Positions 32,713-43,844 of a DNA stretch of 64,000 nucleotides are shown here, in pieces. This DNA is from Sulfolobales archaeon HS-7 (GTDB lineage Archaea; Thermoproteota; Thermoprotei_A; Sulfolobales; Sulfolobaceae), in assembly GCA_019704295.1 (NCBI GenBank), contig AP024596.1:1792001-1856000 (forward strand), read 5' to 3'. Under the pieces are notes generated by a model that saw only the letters and a list, made by a program, of their open reading frames with translations, had not been told where the DNA came from and searched no databases. How positions within the stretch are numbered: position 1 is the stretch's first letter; each line of letters starts with the position of its first letter. Both the position numbers and the translations under genes were made by a program.

Positions 32713-32948
32713 TAAGGAGTGAATATAAATTTATAAAAATTCAATAAAGCCTAACCCCTTGTTTCACACCCTTCCTTCTCACTTCGGAAACATTCCCAAA
32801 GCAGAGTGGTCCATCATACAATGAAGCTTTAGTATTTCTCATAGTTAAAGTTACTCGCAAAGTCTTTATTACAGAATTCTATGAAGTAATGATATTTTCA
32901 GTATAAGTAAAAAAACCTTTTATAACCGGTTAAGGGTAAGAAAGTACA

Positions 32949-34277
32949 ATGTCTGATGAAAAAGAAATTAAGCGTAATACAAACGACAAAAGTAGAAAAC
33001 TTTCGACGGGCGACCTGTTCTTTCTTTCCTTTGGAGGACAAGCTCCCTTTATTTCACTCTTAACTTTCGGCACAGTTATGATATCTGAGGTAGGCAGGCA
33101 AGGTGCCTTCGCTATGTTAGTAGCTACTATTATTGTAGCTTTAAACGGATTAGTCGTAAATAGGCTAAGTAACAGATTTAAGAGAGGTGGAGGATACTAC
33201 ACTTATGCCCACTATGGCTTAACGGAAAACTTAGGTACGAGTACTGGATGGGTTTATCTAGCTTATGCGTTATCATATGGAGGTACATTACTATCTGGAG
33301 GTGCTTACGTAACTTATTATATATTACAAGTTCTTCCTTTTTCCTTACCACCCTTTGTTTTTAATCAATGGTTTATTGCATTGATAATAAGTGGACTGGC
33401 ATCGGGATTAGTTGTGGCGGGGGTGAAAGCTTCAGCTAAATACGCTATGGTAATGTCGTCAATTGAAATGATAGTTATTATAGCGTTATCGATATTCTTT
33501 CTGAGAGATTCTGGATGGCGTTTCTACAATCCGATTTCTTTGAGAATTTCTCCTGCGTTTTTTGAAGCTGTAGTTTTCGGATTAGGAATTCCAACAGGCT
33601 ATGGTTCTATAGCTCCCTTAGGTTACGAAGCTGCGTCAAAAAGCATCGGGAAGGCGGCTATCATAGTAGTATTTTACGGCGGGTTACTAGCAACTTTCTT
33701 TTTCTACTCTTTAGGAGCGCTAGGATTTACGGGCAACCTGGTCCAATACTTACTCACTGACTTCGGAATAATTGGGGCTTTAATCATAGGATTTATTGCC
33801 CTGAATGACGGTACGCTTGGGGGTGTAGCTTACATTCTGGCCAATTCAAGAACACTAAAAGCTATGTCTGAGGACAAAGTCTTTCCCTCTATATTAGGTA
33901 AAAACGTGTCCGGTAAGCCGCTGTATTCGGAGATTCTTATCTCAGGAATTTTTATCACTATAATATCAGTATTAGCAAAATTTATTGGCCTTTATGGGGT
34001 ATTTGTGGTTTTGGGAGGTCTAGCGGGAATTTTCAATCTGTTCATTCATTCTTCCGCAGATCTCTCCCTCGTAAGAATTGCCGCCAAAAGAATGAAAAGG
34101 CATTGGCAGGAGGTCGTCGTAGGCATAGTAGCTACATTAGTGAGCATTGGGGTAATGCTTTATTCCTTTGCCTCCTTTTCGCTAACAATGATAACCATAT
34201 TCCTAGGGTGGATAGTCCTAGGATTTTTCTATTTAGAAATTAAAGAAATGTTATCGTCTTCGACTGAAGAGGGCTAG
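32949..34277 (+). CDS. APC-family amino acid permease
   Basis: About 12 TM helices, GGGYYTYA, GWVY; leaderless with TTTTTATAA upstream. Confidence 0.85.
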   Translation: MSDEKEIKRNTNDKSRKLSTGDLFFLSFGGQAPFISLLTFGTVMISEVGRQGAFAMLVATIIVALNGLVVNRLSNRFKRGGGYYTYAHYGLTENLGTSTGWVYLAYALSYGGTLLSGGAYVTYYILQVLPFSLPPFVFNQWFIALIISGLASGLVVAGVKASAKYAMVMSSIEMIVIIALSIFFLRDSGWRFYNPISLRISPAFFEAVVFGLGIPTGYGSIAPLGYEAASKSIGKAAIIVVFYGGLLATFFFYSLGALGFTGNLVQYLLTDFGIIGALIIGFIALNDGTLGGVAYILANSRTLKAMSEDKVFPSILGKNVSGKPLYSEILISGIFITIISVLAKFIGLYGVFVVLGGLAGIFNLFIHSSADLSLVRIAAKRMKRHWQEVVVGIVATLVSIGVMLYSFASFSLTMITIFLGWIVLGFFYLEIKEMLSSSTEEG

Positions 34278-34307
34278 ATTAGTCTTCACAGTATTTTTCA
34301 ATAAACC

Positions 34308-34547
34308 TCATTCAGCACGTATAATAACTGCATATCTAAAGGTATAAAACGGTATATCTGGATCAAACTGTATTACGTCGAATCTTTCTAGGGGATCTGA
34401 AATATCTACAATCTGAATTTCGAAACCGTTGTATAGTCTCTTGGCCAGCTGATAACACGAATCTATCTCCTCTTTTGAATTAGATAAACAAAAGACTCCA
34501 GCGTTATTGGTTATTACAGGTCCGAAAACCGACTTAAAACTTCCCAC
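34308..34547 (-). CDS. Hypothetical protein
   Basis: 79 aa ORF with TTTAAA promoter-like element. Confidence 0.6.
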   Translation of the reverse strand: MGSFKSVFGPVITNNAGVFCLSNSKEEIDSCYQLAKRLYNGFEIQIVDISDPLERFDVIQFDPDIPFYTFRYAVIIRAE

Positions 34548-34927
34548 CCCTTGATTATTTAAAGTATGTTAATTTAAGGTTACGGCACCTCATATCCCTT
34601 CAAAGACGATGATTCGCTTCGAACTCCTTTATAGCAATTCTGAACTTTATGCAAATAGAGTTAAATAAGTGATTAAATTAACTTATAGGAATTAAAAATC
34701 CTTCGATTGCTTTTTATTTAGCGCCGTAAAAACTACTGAAATCTAGAAAAGTTCCGTAAGGATTGCACGTTGTTGGACTTTTACTACACGCAAACAATAT
34801 CGTAACTCGGAATTGATAGATTTCAATAATTTCCCGAGAAGATGGATTCCCAAAAACTGAGGAATATCGTAAGGAGTAAATCTTATGGCTTGTAACGAAT
34901 GCTTTAACAAGTTATTCTTTAAGACCT

Positions 34928-35239
34928 TTAGAAAACAACCGATAAATTGTCAAAGGAAGGCCTCTTAAACCCATACCTAATTGGAAGTATTGCTTCGTCT
35001 TCTTTTTCCTTTCCTGAAACTACGCTAAGAATCCTTTCTTTTAATTTGTTCAAGTCTTCAGTAAAATTCAGGACATGACCGTCAACCTCTAAATATACTT
35101 CGTCATTAACAAGTAAGTCCGATTCCGTCTCTATATAAATTCCTCCTATCGAATTCTCCAATTCCGACTTTAGTTGATACATTGTACTTACGGCTTCAGC
35201 ACCACTTCCTAACCCATGAATAACCTTTATCTCAACCAT
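34928..35239 (-). CDS. Hypothetical protein
   Basis: 103 aa ATG ORF, TTATATAA upstream. Confidence 0.65.
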   Translation of the reverse strand: MVEIKVIHGLGSGAEAVSTMYQLKSELENSIGGIYIETESDLLVNDEVYLEVDGHVLNFTEDLNKLKERILSVVSGKEKEDEAILPIRYGFKRPSFDNLSVVF

Positions 35240-35567
35240 TAAACCACGTTATTTAGATTATGAGTGAAGTGTTATATAATCAGTTTGTCGTGATATTACC
35301 ATGTCTTGATCCGCAATACACCCAGATGAAACCCCTTAACGAGGTATGTTAAGTGATCTTCTACATGCGTTTTAGAAGTCAGCATTATCTAGAATATACG
35401 CAAGAGCCGTTATTATCTATTTTAATGATCTTGTTATAATGTAAGTCCTCAGTTGGCTTCTGCGAAAATATTACAGCATCTGTTGGAATTTCAGACATGC
35501 TGATTTATCGTCACTAATAGTATTAATGGTATGTATAAGTACTCGCGTTATTTATGTTAAATTCAGA

Positions 35568-36182
35568 CTATTTTAGGATAGTCCCTGTCTCACGATACCA
35601 AAGGTAGAGGTCTAGAATTCCTGGTTTCAAATTAAAATTACGGGAAATTGAACTCAATACGGATTCTAGGTAAAGATACCTTTTTCTCGTTAATGACGTT
35701 TTAACGGGAACATATTCCGATAAATAGTCAATTACATGCCTATCGATTATACCCAATTCATAAAAACCTACATTTCTAAGAAAATGACTTGCCTCCTTAA
35801 GACCAATTCCATCGATTTGTAACAGGAATTCCCGTGCCTCAAACTGATCCCTTTTCGCAACGGGGAAAACTGCGTCCCTTAGGCTCCGCCTCCACTTCAA
35901 TGCACTAACTAAATATCCAGATTTAATGTTATAAAACCTATACCCTGAGTCCCTTAACCTTTTGGAAATTAAGTTGCGGTCGCCCGTTAAAATTATATCA
36001 TAGATATTATTCCATGCCCCATAGGCTGATATAAATGAAGAGTTAGCTGTTAGTATACAAAGTAACAGTTCCCTAAACCATTTCTCGTTACTTGCTCTTC
36101 TGTTAAGTTCGAACTCCTCAACCCTTTCTAATACTCTTGCCCTTAGTCTTTCGTCTTTTACGAGTTCTTTTAGTCCTCGCAT
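35568..36182 (-). CDS. ogg: 8-oxoguanine DNA glycosylase/AP lyase
   Basis: ELLLCILTANSS, GIGLKEASHFLRNVG, IIDRHV, LDLYLW. Confidence 0.93.
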   Translation of the reverse strand: MRGLKELVKDERLRARVLERVEEFELNRRASNEKWFRELLLCILTANSSFISAYGAWNNIYDIILTGDRNLISKRLRDSGYRFYNIKSGYLVSALKWRRSLRDAVFPVAKRDQFEAREFLLQIDGIGLKEASHFLRNVGFYELGIIDRHVIDYLSEYVPVKTSLTRKRYLYLESVLSSISRNFNLKPGILDLYLWYRETGTILK

Positions 36183-36615
36183 TTTTCTGTTTTTTCTTAC
36201 TCTCGATTTTAGGTTTACTTTGCTCTTTCTCTGTTTTAGTAACGATCTTTACATTGCCGTTTCCCCAGAAGGTAACTAGTTCTACTTTTTCTGACAACTC
36301 TACGTCGCCTTTGAAAAGAAGGGTATTCTCTAACGGATATTCTGTTATTGCGTTTTCCTGTTCTGCGGAATTTACTACAGTTAACTTGGTTATTGGAGTA
36401 GGCGTGGGAAACAGTAAATTTCCCCTTCCTCCATTAATGAATATTAGGGAATCATCAGCATTAGTTATCCTATACACCCTTTCCCCGTCATTCATATGTT
36501 CCGCATCGGACTCTGTAATGTTTGCCTCCTCTTCCTTAACTTTCTTCACCATATCGAAGGTTACACCATAAATAGATACTTTTTGCTGTTCGTAGACTTC
36601 TACTTTCATCTTCAA
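36118..36615 (-). CDS. Hypothetical protein with basic C-terminal tail
   Basis: 165 aa ORF overlapping the ogg start. Confidence 0.65.
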   Translation of the reverse strand: MKMKVEVYEQQKVSIYGVTFDMVKKVKEEEANITESDAEHMNDGERVYRITNADDSLIFINGGRGNLLFPTPTPITKLTVVNSAEQENAITEYPLENTLLFKGDVELSEKVELVTFWGNGNVKIVTKTEKEQSKPKIESKKKQKNARTKRTRKRRKTKGKSIRKG

Positions 36616-37247
36616 TGTGAAATACCGGAAACTATTCTTCGTGTACTGTTTTAAATCTTTTTGACTTGCTGATGAGAGAATAAGTTAGTATTTTCGGGAA
36701 ATATAATACTTCATCACAGTTATTAATTTACATAAGTCCTAATAATAAAGAATTTAATCGTTTTTAGTATTCAAAGGTATATCATAATTTACCAAACTCT
36801 TACTTTCCCTAGCCTCCTTACTTTCTAAGAATGTTCGATAAATGCCTAGGGTTTAATGTAGTACGTCATGAGATGACAGTAAAAACTAGCTGGTATTATC
36901 GTCCCTATAAACTAAGGCCTATGTAAGTCTTTAACATTCATTAAGATGAAAGCGACGAAATATTGAAACTTAGCTCTTGCAAAAAAGCATCCTTACCGAC
37001 ACTTTCCTGACTCTTACCTACTAACGTTAGTGACATTTTAAAATGTAAATATTGGAATTATAGGCTTTCAGTTACTTCATCGTAAATATATAGTAATCTT
37101 GAAAACTCAGTAAAGCGTGGGAGGGGAATTTATTAGTAACGCTTTCTCTTTTTAGGTATAAATAGCTACTTACTATTATAGGAACTGAGAAAAATCTGCT
37201 CAAGCAAGGACATACCGGATCCCATTACGTTACCTTAATCAAATGTA

Positions 37248-37335
<88 letters not shown>

Positions 37336-37419
37336 ACGATATTAACCCGCTATTAATTAATAAAAGATTAACTAACACTCGCTTTCCCTAAGAATCGACT
37401 CTCGGTAGAAGTATCTTCT

Positions 37420-38145
37420 TTAGGCTAGCTTCGTCCATACAAGAGGTATTATTTTCTCATATTTTAAGTCGTTTATAATTACGCTAATTTCGACCCTGTT
37501 TAGATTTGGATCCCTCTTAATACTTATTGAAGGTGTTCCCAAGTAAGTCAGTTTATCTTTTATAATATTCTCATTAAGTTCATATTCTAAATTGAAACAA
37601 GTAAGTAGCGTAAGAAGTTGATTATTCTTAATTTTTCCATCAGAGGCTTTACACTTTTTTGATATAAATGACGAAATTAGATAGTCGAGAGTTATTGGTA
37701 TCTCGGATGCAGATAATCCCACTGGGGGAAGAAGCAATTTAATGTTCCTTTTGCTTTTTTCAACTTTCTTTATCAAGAGTTCGGTGTCTAAGAAAAAGAA
37801 CCTTTTGTTACAACATGCTATCTCGTCTACATCAAGTTTGACTATTTCAGCCTTACCTTCTGTCCTTCCGTGAAACTTCGATATGAACGTCTCTTTGGTC
37901 GGAGAGGCAAAGAAAACTGCCATAATTTTAGATTCAACTAATGCAGGAATTCTCTCATGAATGTTATATGAGAGAAAATACACATCATGATATTTGAGAT
38001 GGAATGATTTTACCGTGTCTGCTACGATCTCAAATACTGTAGAAAGCAGTTTGTTTCTCCTTATGATTAACCATTCTCCAAATTCGTCCTCATATATCAT
38101 CTCTTTACCGTCATTATGCTTCTTGAAAAGCCGCACAAAAGTCAC
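37420..38145 (-). CDS. Hypothetical protein
   Basis: 241 aa ORF downstream of tbp. Confidence 0.7.
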   Translation of the reverse strand: MTFVRLFKKHNDGKEMIYEDEFGEWLIIRRNKLLSTVFEIVADTVKSFHLKYHDVYFLSYNIHERIPALVESKIMAVFFASPTKETFISKFHGRTEGKAEIVKLDVDEIACCNKRFFFLDTELLIKKVEKSKRNIKLLLPPVGLSASEIPITLDYLISSFISKKCKASDGKIKNNQLLTLLTCFNLEYELNENIIKDKLTYLGTPSISIKRDPNLNRVEISVIINDLKYEKIIPLVWTKLA

Positions 38146-38219
38146 TTAATTATATCTCTTGTCTCAAGAATAAAAAAATAAGGCTAAATAGTGTAGATTG
38201 AGGAGGTCAGATTTCACAG

Positions 38220-38822
38220 CTAAAATTCTATATCCTCTTCTTCCTCTTGTTGTCTAACACACTGTATTTCAACAAGCTTATCAAATATTTTCCTGACAGC
38301 CTTTACCACTTCCTCCTCACTCTTTGCACCGGTTATGACCATTTTCCCACTGCTAAATATCAAAAGAACAACACGAGGGTCAAACATTCTGTAAATAAGT
38401 CCCGGAAACTGTTCAGGTTCATACATTATGTTCTCAAGGAGATATGCCGCCTTATCTAAGTTTACTATTAAATGGAGATTTGCGGACGCTACGATATTCT
38501 GGATCTGAATTTTAGGCCTCCCAGTAATATTTATTCCATATTTCTTTAAGGTCCTTATAATTCTTTTTACCGCCGTGATTAATTCATCTGTGCTCTTTGC
38601 ACCAGTTACTACCATTTTACCCGACTTGAATATCAGAGACGTAACCTTGGGATTCTCTAAACGAAAAATTAGACCCGGAAACTGATCTGGATCGTACTCG
38701 ACATTAGGTACACTCCTCTCCATAGCGTAGAGATCCAATCCCTGTTCAAGTGAAACAGTAGCAACTATATTCTCTACGTTTTGAGCAGCCGTATACTCTA
38801 TCTTTTCTTTACCGTTGCTCAT
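38220..38822 (-). CDS. tbp: TATA-binding protein
   Basis: Two repeats [12 protein letters not shown] / [12 protein letters not shown], IFxSGKMV. Confidence 0.98.
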   Translation of the reverse strand: MSNGKEKIEYTAAQNVENIVATVSLEQGLDLYAMERSVPNVEYDPDQFPGLIFRLENPKVTSLIFKSGKMVVTGAKSTDELITAVKRIIRTLKKYGINITGRPKIQIQNIVASANLHLIVNLDKAAYLLENIMYEPEQFPGLIYRMFDPRVVLLIFSSGKMVITGAKSEEEVVKAVRKIFDKLVEIQCVRQQEEEEDIEF

Positions 38823-38975
38823 CTCATCACCTCATAATTTGAAGAATGTGAGCGTTCTCTCATGTTCTCCTAAAAAGATATATATACCTCCTATTTAAAT
38901 CCATCACTTATAAACACTGAGTATGCCACTGCCAGTATAGTTAGCTTAATAAGTTGTTTAAAGAATCATATTTCA

Positions 38976-39030
38976 TAGATGATATACCGCTGTAAGGGCT
39001 GAAAAAGTGATGTGAACTGGGCTGTTGAAC
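38976..39030 (+). ncRNA. Possible C/D-box sRNA with degenerate boxes
   Basis: ATGATAT-ACCGCTGTAAGGG-CTGA-AAAA-GTGATGT-GAACTGGGCTG-TTGA. Confidence 0.35.
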
Positions 39031-39306
39031 ATGAAGTGGTTTAAGAAGAGGGAGATAATAGCTTATATGTTATTGAGGCAGAATTTTGGAGATAAGGAAT
39101 TCACTTTGTTCGAGGGAATCGAGCTACTAAGCCCTTATTTTTCTAAAAGAGTTGCTAAAAACATAGTTATTTACCTCAAAAAGAGAGGACTATTAGTATG
39201 CAAGGGAAATAACCTAAAGGTTGAGGATTTGTACTTGTACCTACAGGAAAAGCTGCTCCCAGAATACTTGAACAGGAGAATTACTCTTCGTCAAAAATCT
39301 CAATAG
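39031..39306 (+). CDS. Hypothetical protein, possible winged helix
   Basis: MKWFKKREIIAYMLLR...YLKKRGLL. Confidence 0.65.
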   Translation: MKWFKKREIIAYMLLRQNFGDKEFTLFEGIELLSPYFSKRVAKNIVIYLKKRGLLVCKGNNLKVEDLYLYLQEKLLPEYLNRRITLRQKSQ

Positions 39307-39607
39307 TGACCTTAGCTTTAACCTCCTTTCTACTGAGTGGAGGAACAGACGTTCCTAAGTCAACTCCGGCTACTACTGTATTTCCCAAGGAATCAGTAAA
39401 AGATACTTCTGCCAGGAACTTTTTACTCATTTCGGGATTCTGCATCATCTTCATAACCTCGCTGTATATTCGACTAAGAGCCATTTGGAGTGATAACGGA
39501 CTTGTAAAATCTTCCGGTTTTAGTTGAATTGACACTAGATTACCCATCACTTCTCCTATCTTAGCCTTTGCTTCAAACTCTACTTTGAAACTAGGTTGAG
39601 AACTCAT
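39281..39607 (-). CDS. Hypothetical protein
   Basis: 108 aa ATG ORF with TTTAATA upstream. Confidence 0.7.
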   Translation of the reverse strand: MSSQPSFKVEFEAKAKIGEVMGNLVSIQLKPEDFTSPLSLQMALSRIYSEVMKMMQNPEMSKKFLAEVSFTDSLGNTVVAGVDLGTSVPPLSRKEVKAKVTIEIFDEE

Positions 39608-39685
39608 ATCTACCTGACAATATTAAGGAGGAATGCATATTAAAACTTTGTAGTAAGCAGTAAAAACTGAAACATTTAAAAATTT

Positions 39686-39982
39686 TTATGCCTTCTTGCT
39701 TACGCCTATTTCTATCGTGGATACTCTAGATTGCCTTCCATCTTGACTTGTTACAACTTGGCTTCCTATCTTTATTTCCTTTATAGTTATCTTATCAGGA
39801 AGGAACCTGTTCCTTACAATTTCTACAGTATCTACGGCTTTACTTATGGCCCTGCCCCTAGCCTTTATGGTTATTTCTGGCACTCCCTGATTTAACAGGG
39901 TTAGGGACGCTAACACATAGTTCATTACAGGTTTCTTTCCTACTAAGACTACATTACTTGGTGTTGGAGACGTTGTGGACAT
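39686..39982 (-). CDS. albA: Chromatin protein Alba1
   Basis: [37 protein letters not shown]; ATG 39982 after GGTGA. Confidence 0.97.
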   Translation of the reverse strand: MSTTSPTPSNVVLVGKKPVMNYVLASLTLLNQGVPEITIKARGRAISKAVDTVEIVRNRFLPDKITIKEIKIGSQVVTSQDGRQSRVSTIEIGVSKKA

Positions 39983-40057
39983 CTTATCACCCATACCGTC
40001 AGGGTTACATAAGATATTTAGAGTTTTAAAAGCTAACGCATTGAGTGGTTGCGTTTT

Positions 40058-41857
40058 TTACGTAGCCTCTTCAGAGGACTCGCTCTTTATCTCCATCCTT
40101 GAATTATTATACATTTCAATGATCTCATCGGTAGTTGTAGCGTCTTCAGGGGATTTATCGTCTCTCCATCTAATAAAACGGGGGAATCTCACAGACAGTC
40201 CAACATCTTTCTTGAATACGTCGGAACAACATGGGTGATTTAGTGATAGTGTAAGTTCAGCACCTCTAATTTCCATCAGAACAGCAGGTTCAAGCCATAT
40301 ATCAGGTTCGAGTTTGCTCTCAACACGGGGATGCTTATTTTCTCTCCTCCACTGCAAAATCCTCTTTTGTAACTCCGCCAAATCGTCCTCACTGAATCCA
40401 GACGCTACCTTACACAACGCTTCAAACACGTCTTTATGTGGATTGTAGGCAGCAGCTAGTACCGAACTATAGATTCCACCTCTTTTTCCTCTTCCGTAGA
40501 ATGCTCCAACGGCCACTAAGTCCAACGTGTCCGCCATCTCATTACGGTAATCTCGTTTTAGCTTTATCCACTGCCATCCTCTAGCCCCCGCTTGATACTT
40601 AGAATCCTCTGAAATCGATTTAACCATAACTCCCTCTGCTCCTTCATTTATTGCCTGATAAAAGAATCTCTCTAGCTCGGTCACATTACTTACTATAACA
40701 CTATTAGCAATAGTTACATTCTCATTCTGCTCTACTATTCCTTCAAGCGCTTTTCTCCTCTCTAGTTGACCTTTTACTGTATAATCCTCGTCATTGAGGA
40801 ACATTAGATCGAATAAAAAAACTTTTACCGGATACTCCTTTACTGCCGAATGAATGTCATTCTTTCTCTTTCTGTGCATGAGTTCTTGAAAGGGTCTCAT
40901 TTCCTGACTTTCTGGATCAATTGCTACTATTTCGCCTTCTATAATGAAATTATTGGCTTTGACTGATTTATTGATGTATTCAACAACGTCTGGATACTGA
41001 GAGCTTATATTTTCAAGCCTCCTAGAGTAGATGAAAGTTTTACCTTCCCTCCGATGTATTTGTCCTCTTTCCCCATCATATTTATAATCAACTAATGCCC
41101 TTCCATTAACTTTTGTTATTATCTCTGAAGGTTCTGATAATCTTTCAGCCAACATGGGCCTTATCGGAATTCCTGGTTCCGGTTTTACGTTTTTAATTGC
41201 CTCGATACCGTCTTTGACCAGAATTTTCGCTATTGTTCCGAGATCTGCCCTCAAGTTATATGCCCTCTCTATTATTTCGCTGTTCTGCTGTTCACCGGTA
41301 TATGCTAAGGCCATCGCATCAATTATAGTAGAATCTCCTATGCCGACTCTCAGTTTGCCTTCTACAAACCTCACAATGTATTTTGCCTCTAAGGGTGAGG
41401 ACTGTTTTATTAGACCTGTTAGGAGTTTGATTTTAAGATCTCTACTTCTCTCTCCCGTCATTGTTGCAATTCTAGTTAGCGTATCATATACCATTTCCAC
41501 TGTAAGGGAATTCTGATTTATCCCGAGAAAGGTCGATAACGATTTGGAATCAACTTTTCCTTTTAGTTCCGCTACAACCTCACCAAGGTCTCCAACCTCA
41601 TTAAGCCGTTTATCGATAGAACTTTCGGATATGCCCGTAGCCGCTTCTACTGCTTTTATAATAAATCTCTCACCTATGCCAAGTTCGGGCATTCCCAGAA
41701 AATCAGGCCAGAGCTTACCCTGAATAATGTAAATTATCTTATCAACGTGCTGTTTATCAGTTTTAAGGAAAAGTTCTGACAATAGATTGGTAAGCTGAAT
41801 TCTCGACGATATCTTTTCCAATCTATCGAAATACTCTGCAACGATTTTGAAATCCAT
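40058..41857 (-). CDS. lig: ATP-dependent DNA ligase
   Basis: [33 protein letters not shown]. Confidence 0.97.
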   Translation of the reverse strand: MDFKIVAEYFDRLEKISSRIQLTNLLSELFLKTDKQHVDKIIYIIQGKLWPDFLGMPELGIGERFIIKAVEAATGISESSIDKRLNEVGDLGEVVAELKGKVDSKSLSTFLGINQNSLTVEMVYDTLTRIATMTGERSRDLKIKLLTGLIKQSSPLEAKYIVRFVEGKLRVGIGDSTIIDAMALAYTGEQQNSEIIERAYNLRADLGTIAKILVKDGIEAIKNVKPEPGIPIRPMLAERLSEPSEIITKVNGRALVDYKYDGERGQIHRREGKTFIYSRRLENISSQYPDVVEYINKSVKANNFIIEGEIVAIDPESQEMRPFQELMHRKRKNDIHSAVKEYPVKVFLFDLMFLNDEDYTVKGQLERRKALEGIVEQNENVTIANSVIVSNVTELERFFYQAINEGAEGVMVKSISEDSKYQAGARGWQWIKLKRDYRNEMADTLDLVAVGAFYGRGKRGGIYSSVLAAAYNPHKDVFEALCKVASGFSEDDLAELQKRILQWRRENKHPRVESKLEPDIWLEPAVLMEIRGAELTLSLNHPCCSDVFKKDVGLSVRFPRFIRWRDDKSPEDATTTDEIIEMYNNSRMEIKSESSEEAT

Positions 41858-41911
41858 AATAAGAAATAATAGTATTCTACAAATAAAACCTCTAACTCAA
41901 GTATTGGCGTT

Positions 41912-42265
41912 TCAGAAAAAAGTTCTCTCAGAAAAGAGCTTATCGTCAGCTCGAATTTCTACCTCAGGATACATATCCATTAGTATTTTATCAAAGTCTA
42001 CTTTACTCAATGTCTTTAGGTAATCCTTTAAGTTTTCGCTATTTACATCTCGAGTCTTCACAACGAGGTTACATATATATGTAGCCATCTGCGTATTACA
42101 CACTATTGCCTTAATTATTCTAATTTCATCCACTTCAAGGTCGAAATTAAAATATGCAATTAGACCACTAATTTTCTTCTTAGTCGGAATTATTGTATCA
42201 ATTATCATTAAATTATTCTCCTCTACTGTCGTTACCTGTAAGCCGTTCATTAAGATTTTTTTCAA
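41912..42265 (-). CDS. Hypothetical protein
   Basis: 117 aa ORF. Confidence 0.6.
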   Translation of the reverse strand: MKKILMNGLQVTTVEENNLMIIDTIIPTKKKISGLIAYFNFDLEVDEIRIIKAIVCNTQMATYICNLVVKTRDVNSENLKDYLKTLSKVDFDKILMDMYPEVEIRADDKLFSERTFF

Positions 42266-42297
42266 GTGACAAAACCTTAAGATAGTTTAGTAGTAGT

Positions 42298-42513
42298 TCA
42301 TATAGTAATTAGTTGTTCCCCACAAAAGGGACATTTGTATTTAACGTTCCTTGCATCAGCCTCACAAAAATACGCTCTTAGTTTCTCAGCATCTTTTGGA
42401 CACGTATATATGATAGTGCCTCCTACCCTAATGCTCCTACTGCATATCACGCACTTATGCGTCAACCATCCAGAGTGGCCATAGGCGTTAGTTCCCTTCA
42501 TTCTTATACTCAT
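42298..42513 (-). CDS. Small Cys-rich zinc-finger protein
   Basis: CVIC...CPKD...FCEAD...CPFCG. Confidence 0.75.
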   Translation of the reverse strand: MSIRMKGTNAYGHSGWLTHKCVICSRSIRVGGTIIYTCPKDAEKLRAYFCEADARNVKYKCPFCGEQLITI

Positions 42514-42950
42514 TTAGCAATCACACGTGTTGTTAAGTTAACTACACTATAAATAATTTCCGCTATTATTACCTACCTTAAGCAATGGAAAAACATTGAT
42601 AAAACTAACCAGTGGTAATTCAGGGTTCTTTTACTAATGTAACTTATGAGAAAGGTCGACGAAATAAAGTAAATTGTTGAGCGTAAATTCCCATGCCGTC
42701 ATTGCTGTAGTATTGAATTAAATTGTTACAATTATTGAAATAAACTGAATTTGCAAGGGAGAACTGAATTACCCATTTTCAAGAACAGATTATATTCTTC
42801 ACCATTAAGGAATTTCTAAGTTAACCGTAATAACAACTTCCTTAACTCGAATTAAAAAAAGATTCTTCGAAATTTACTAGGTTTCCTTGAATGTAATAAT
42901 TGGCATATGCTTTTAATTTAAGCAATGTAGACATAAAGATAGAATACCTG

Positions 42951-43844
42951 ATGTCTGAGAAGAGGCAAGAAACGGAATTTTATCAGCAAATAACCGAGTT
43001 AAGGGATAAAATCAATAACCTTATAGATGAGAGCAGAACACTTAAGGAAGAGAAAACTAAGTTAATTTCAGAGAAAGACGAAATTATAAAGAAAATAAGG
43101 GAACATAAAGAGAATATACGAAGCCAACTATCAGATTATCAGAAGAAGAAAGCAGAAATTTCGTCATTATTCGAGAAGAAGAAGGACCTTTTTAACACAC
43201 TACTTCAGTATCGCGAGAAAATAAAGAGTAACAGAGATGTAAAGGTAGAACAAAAAGACATTATTAATATAAAGAGAAGGATCAAGGAATTGGAGTGGAG
43301 AATTCAGACTTCGTCTTTATCAATGGAAGAAGAGAAGAAAATAATTAAAAAAATAGAACAGTTGGAGAAAGAGCTCAAGGAAAAAGAGAAGATTAGACAG
43401 GCCCAGAGAATACTTATAGAGGATAAGGCTGATTTTGTAGCTAAGAAGGTGGAATACAAAACCCTCTCCGATAACATAAAAAACATTAAAGAGGAAATGA
43501 GTAAGATAAGGCAGAGGATAGAACAGGAGAGAGAAAGTATTAAAAAATTAGTAGAGAAATTAAATCAGATAAAACAACGATTAGAGGAAATAAAGAGTAA
43601 AAGGGAGGAAATTGATAAAAGTATAGAAGAGTTAAAAAATCAACTAAACCAAAATTTCGCTAAAAGTAGGGAAAGGAAAGAACAGAGGAGAAACGAGGAA
43701 AAGAGTATTCAAGAGAGCAAAGAAAAAGAAATAATGGAAAGGAAAAAAAGAGAGATAGAAGAAAAAATGAAAAGAGGAAGCAGGCTCTCCTTTGAGGAGT
43801 TTTTAATATTGTATGGTAAAGATATAAATAGAGATGGAGAATAA
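42951..43844 (+). CDS. Archaeal coiled-coil protein (COG1340-like)
   Basis: Heptads, LEWRIQTSSLSMEEEK, GSRLSFEEF; ATG 42951 preferred. Confidence 0.8.
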   Translation: MSEKRQETEFYQQITELRDKINNLIDESRTLKEEKTKLISEKDEIIKKIREHKENIRSQLSDYQKKKAEISSLFEKKKDLFNTLLQYREKIKSNRDVKVEQKDIINIKRRIKELEWRIQTSSLSMEEEKKIIKKIEQLEKELKEKEKIRQAQRILIEDKADFVAKKVEYKTLSDNIKNIKEEMSKIRQRIEQERESIKKLVEKLNQIKQRLEEIKSKREEIDKSIEELKNQLNQNFAKSRERKEQRRNEEKSIQESKEKEIMERKKREIEEKMKRGSRLSFEEFLILYGKDINRDGE

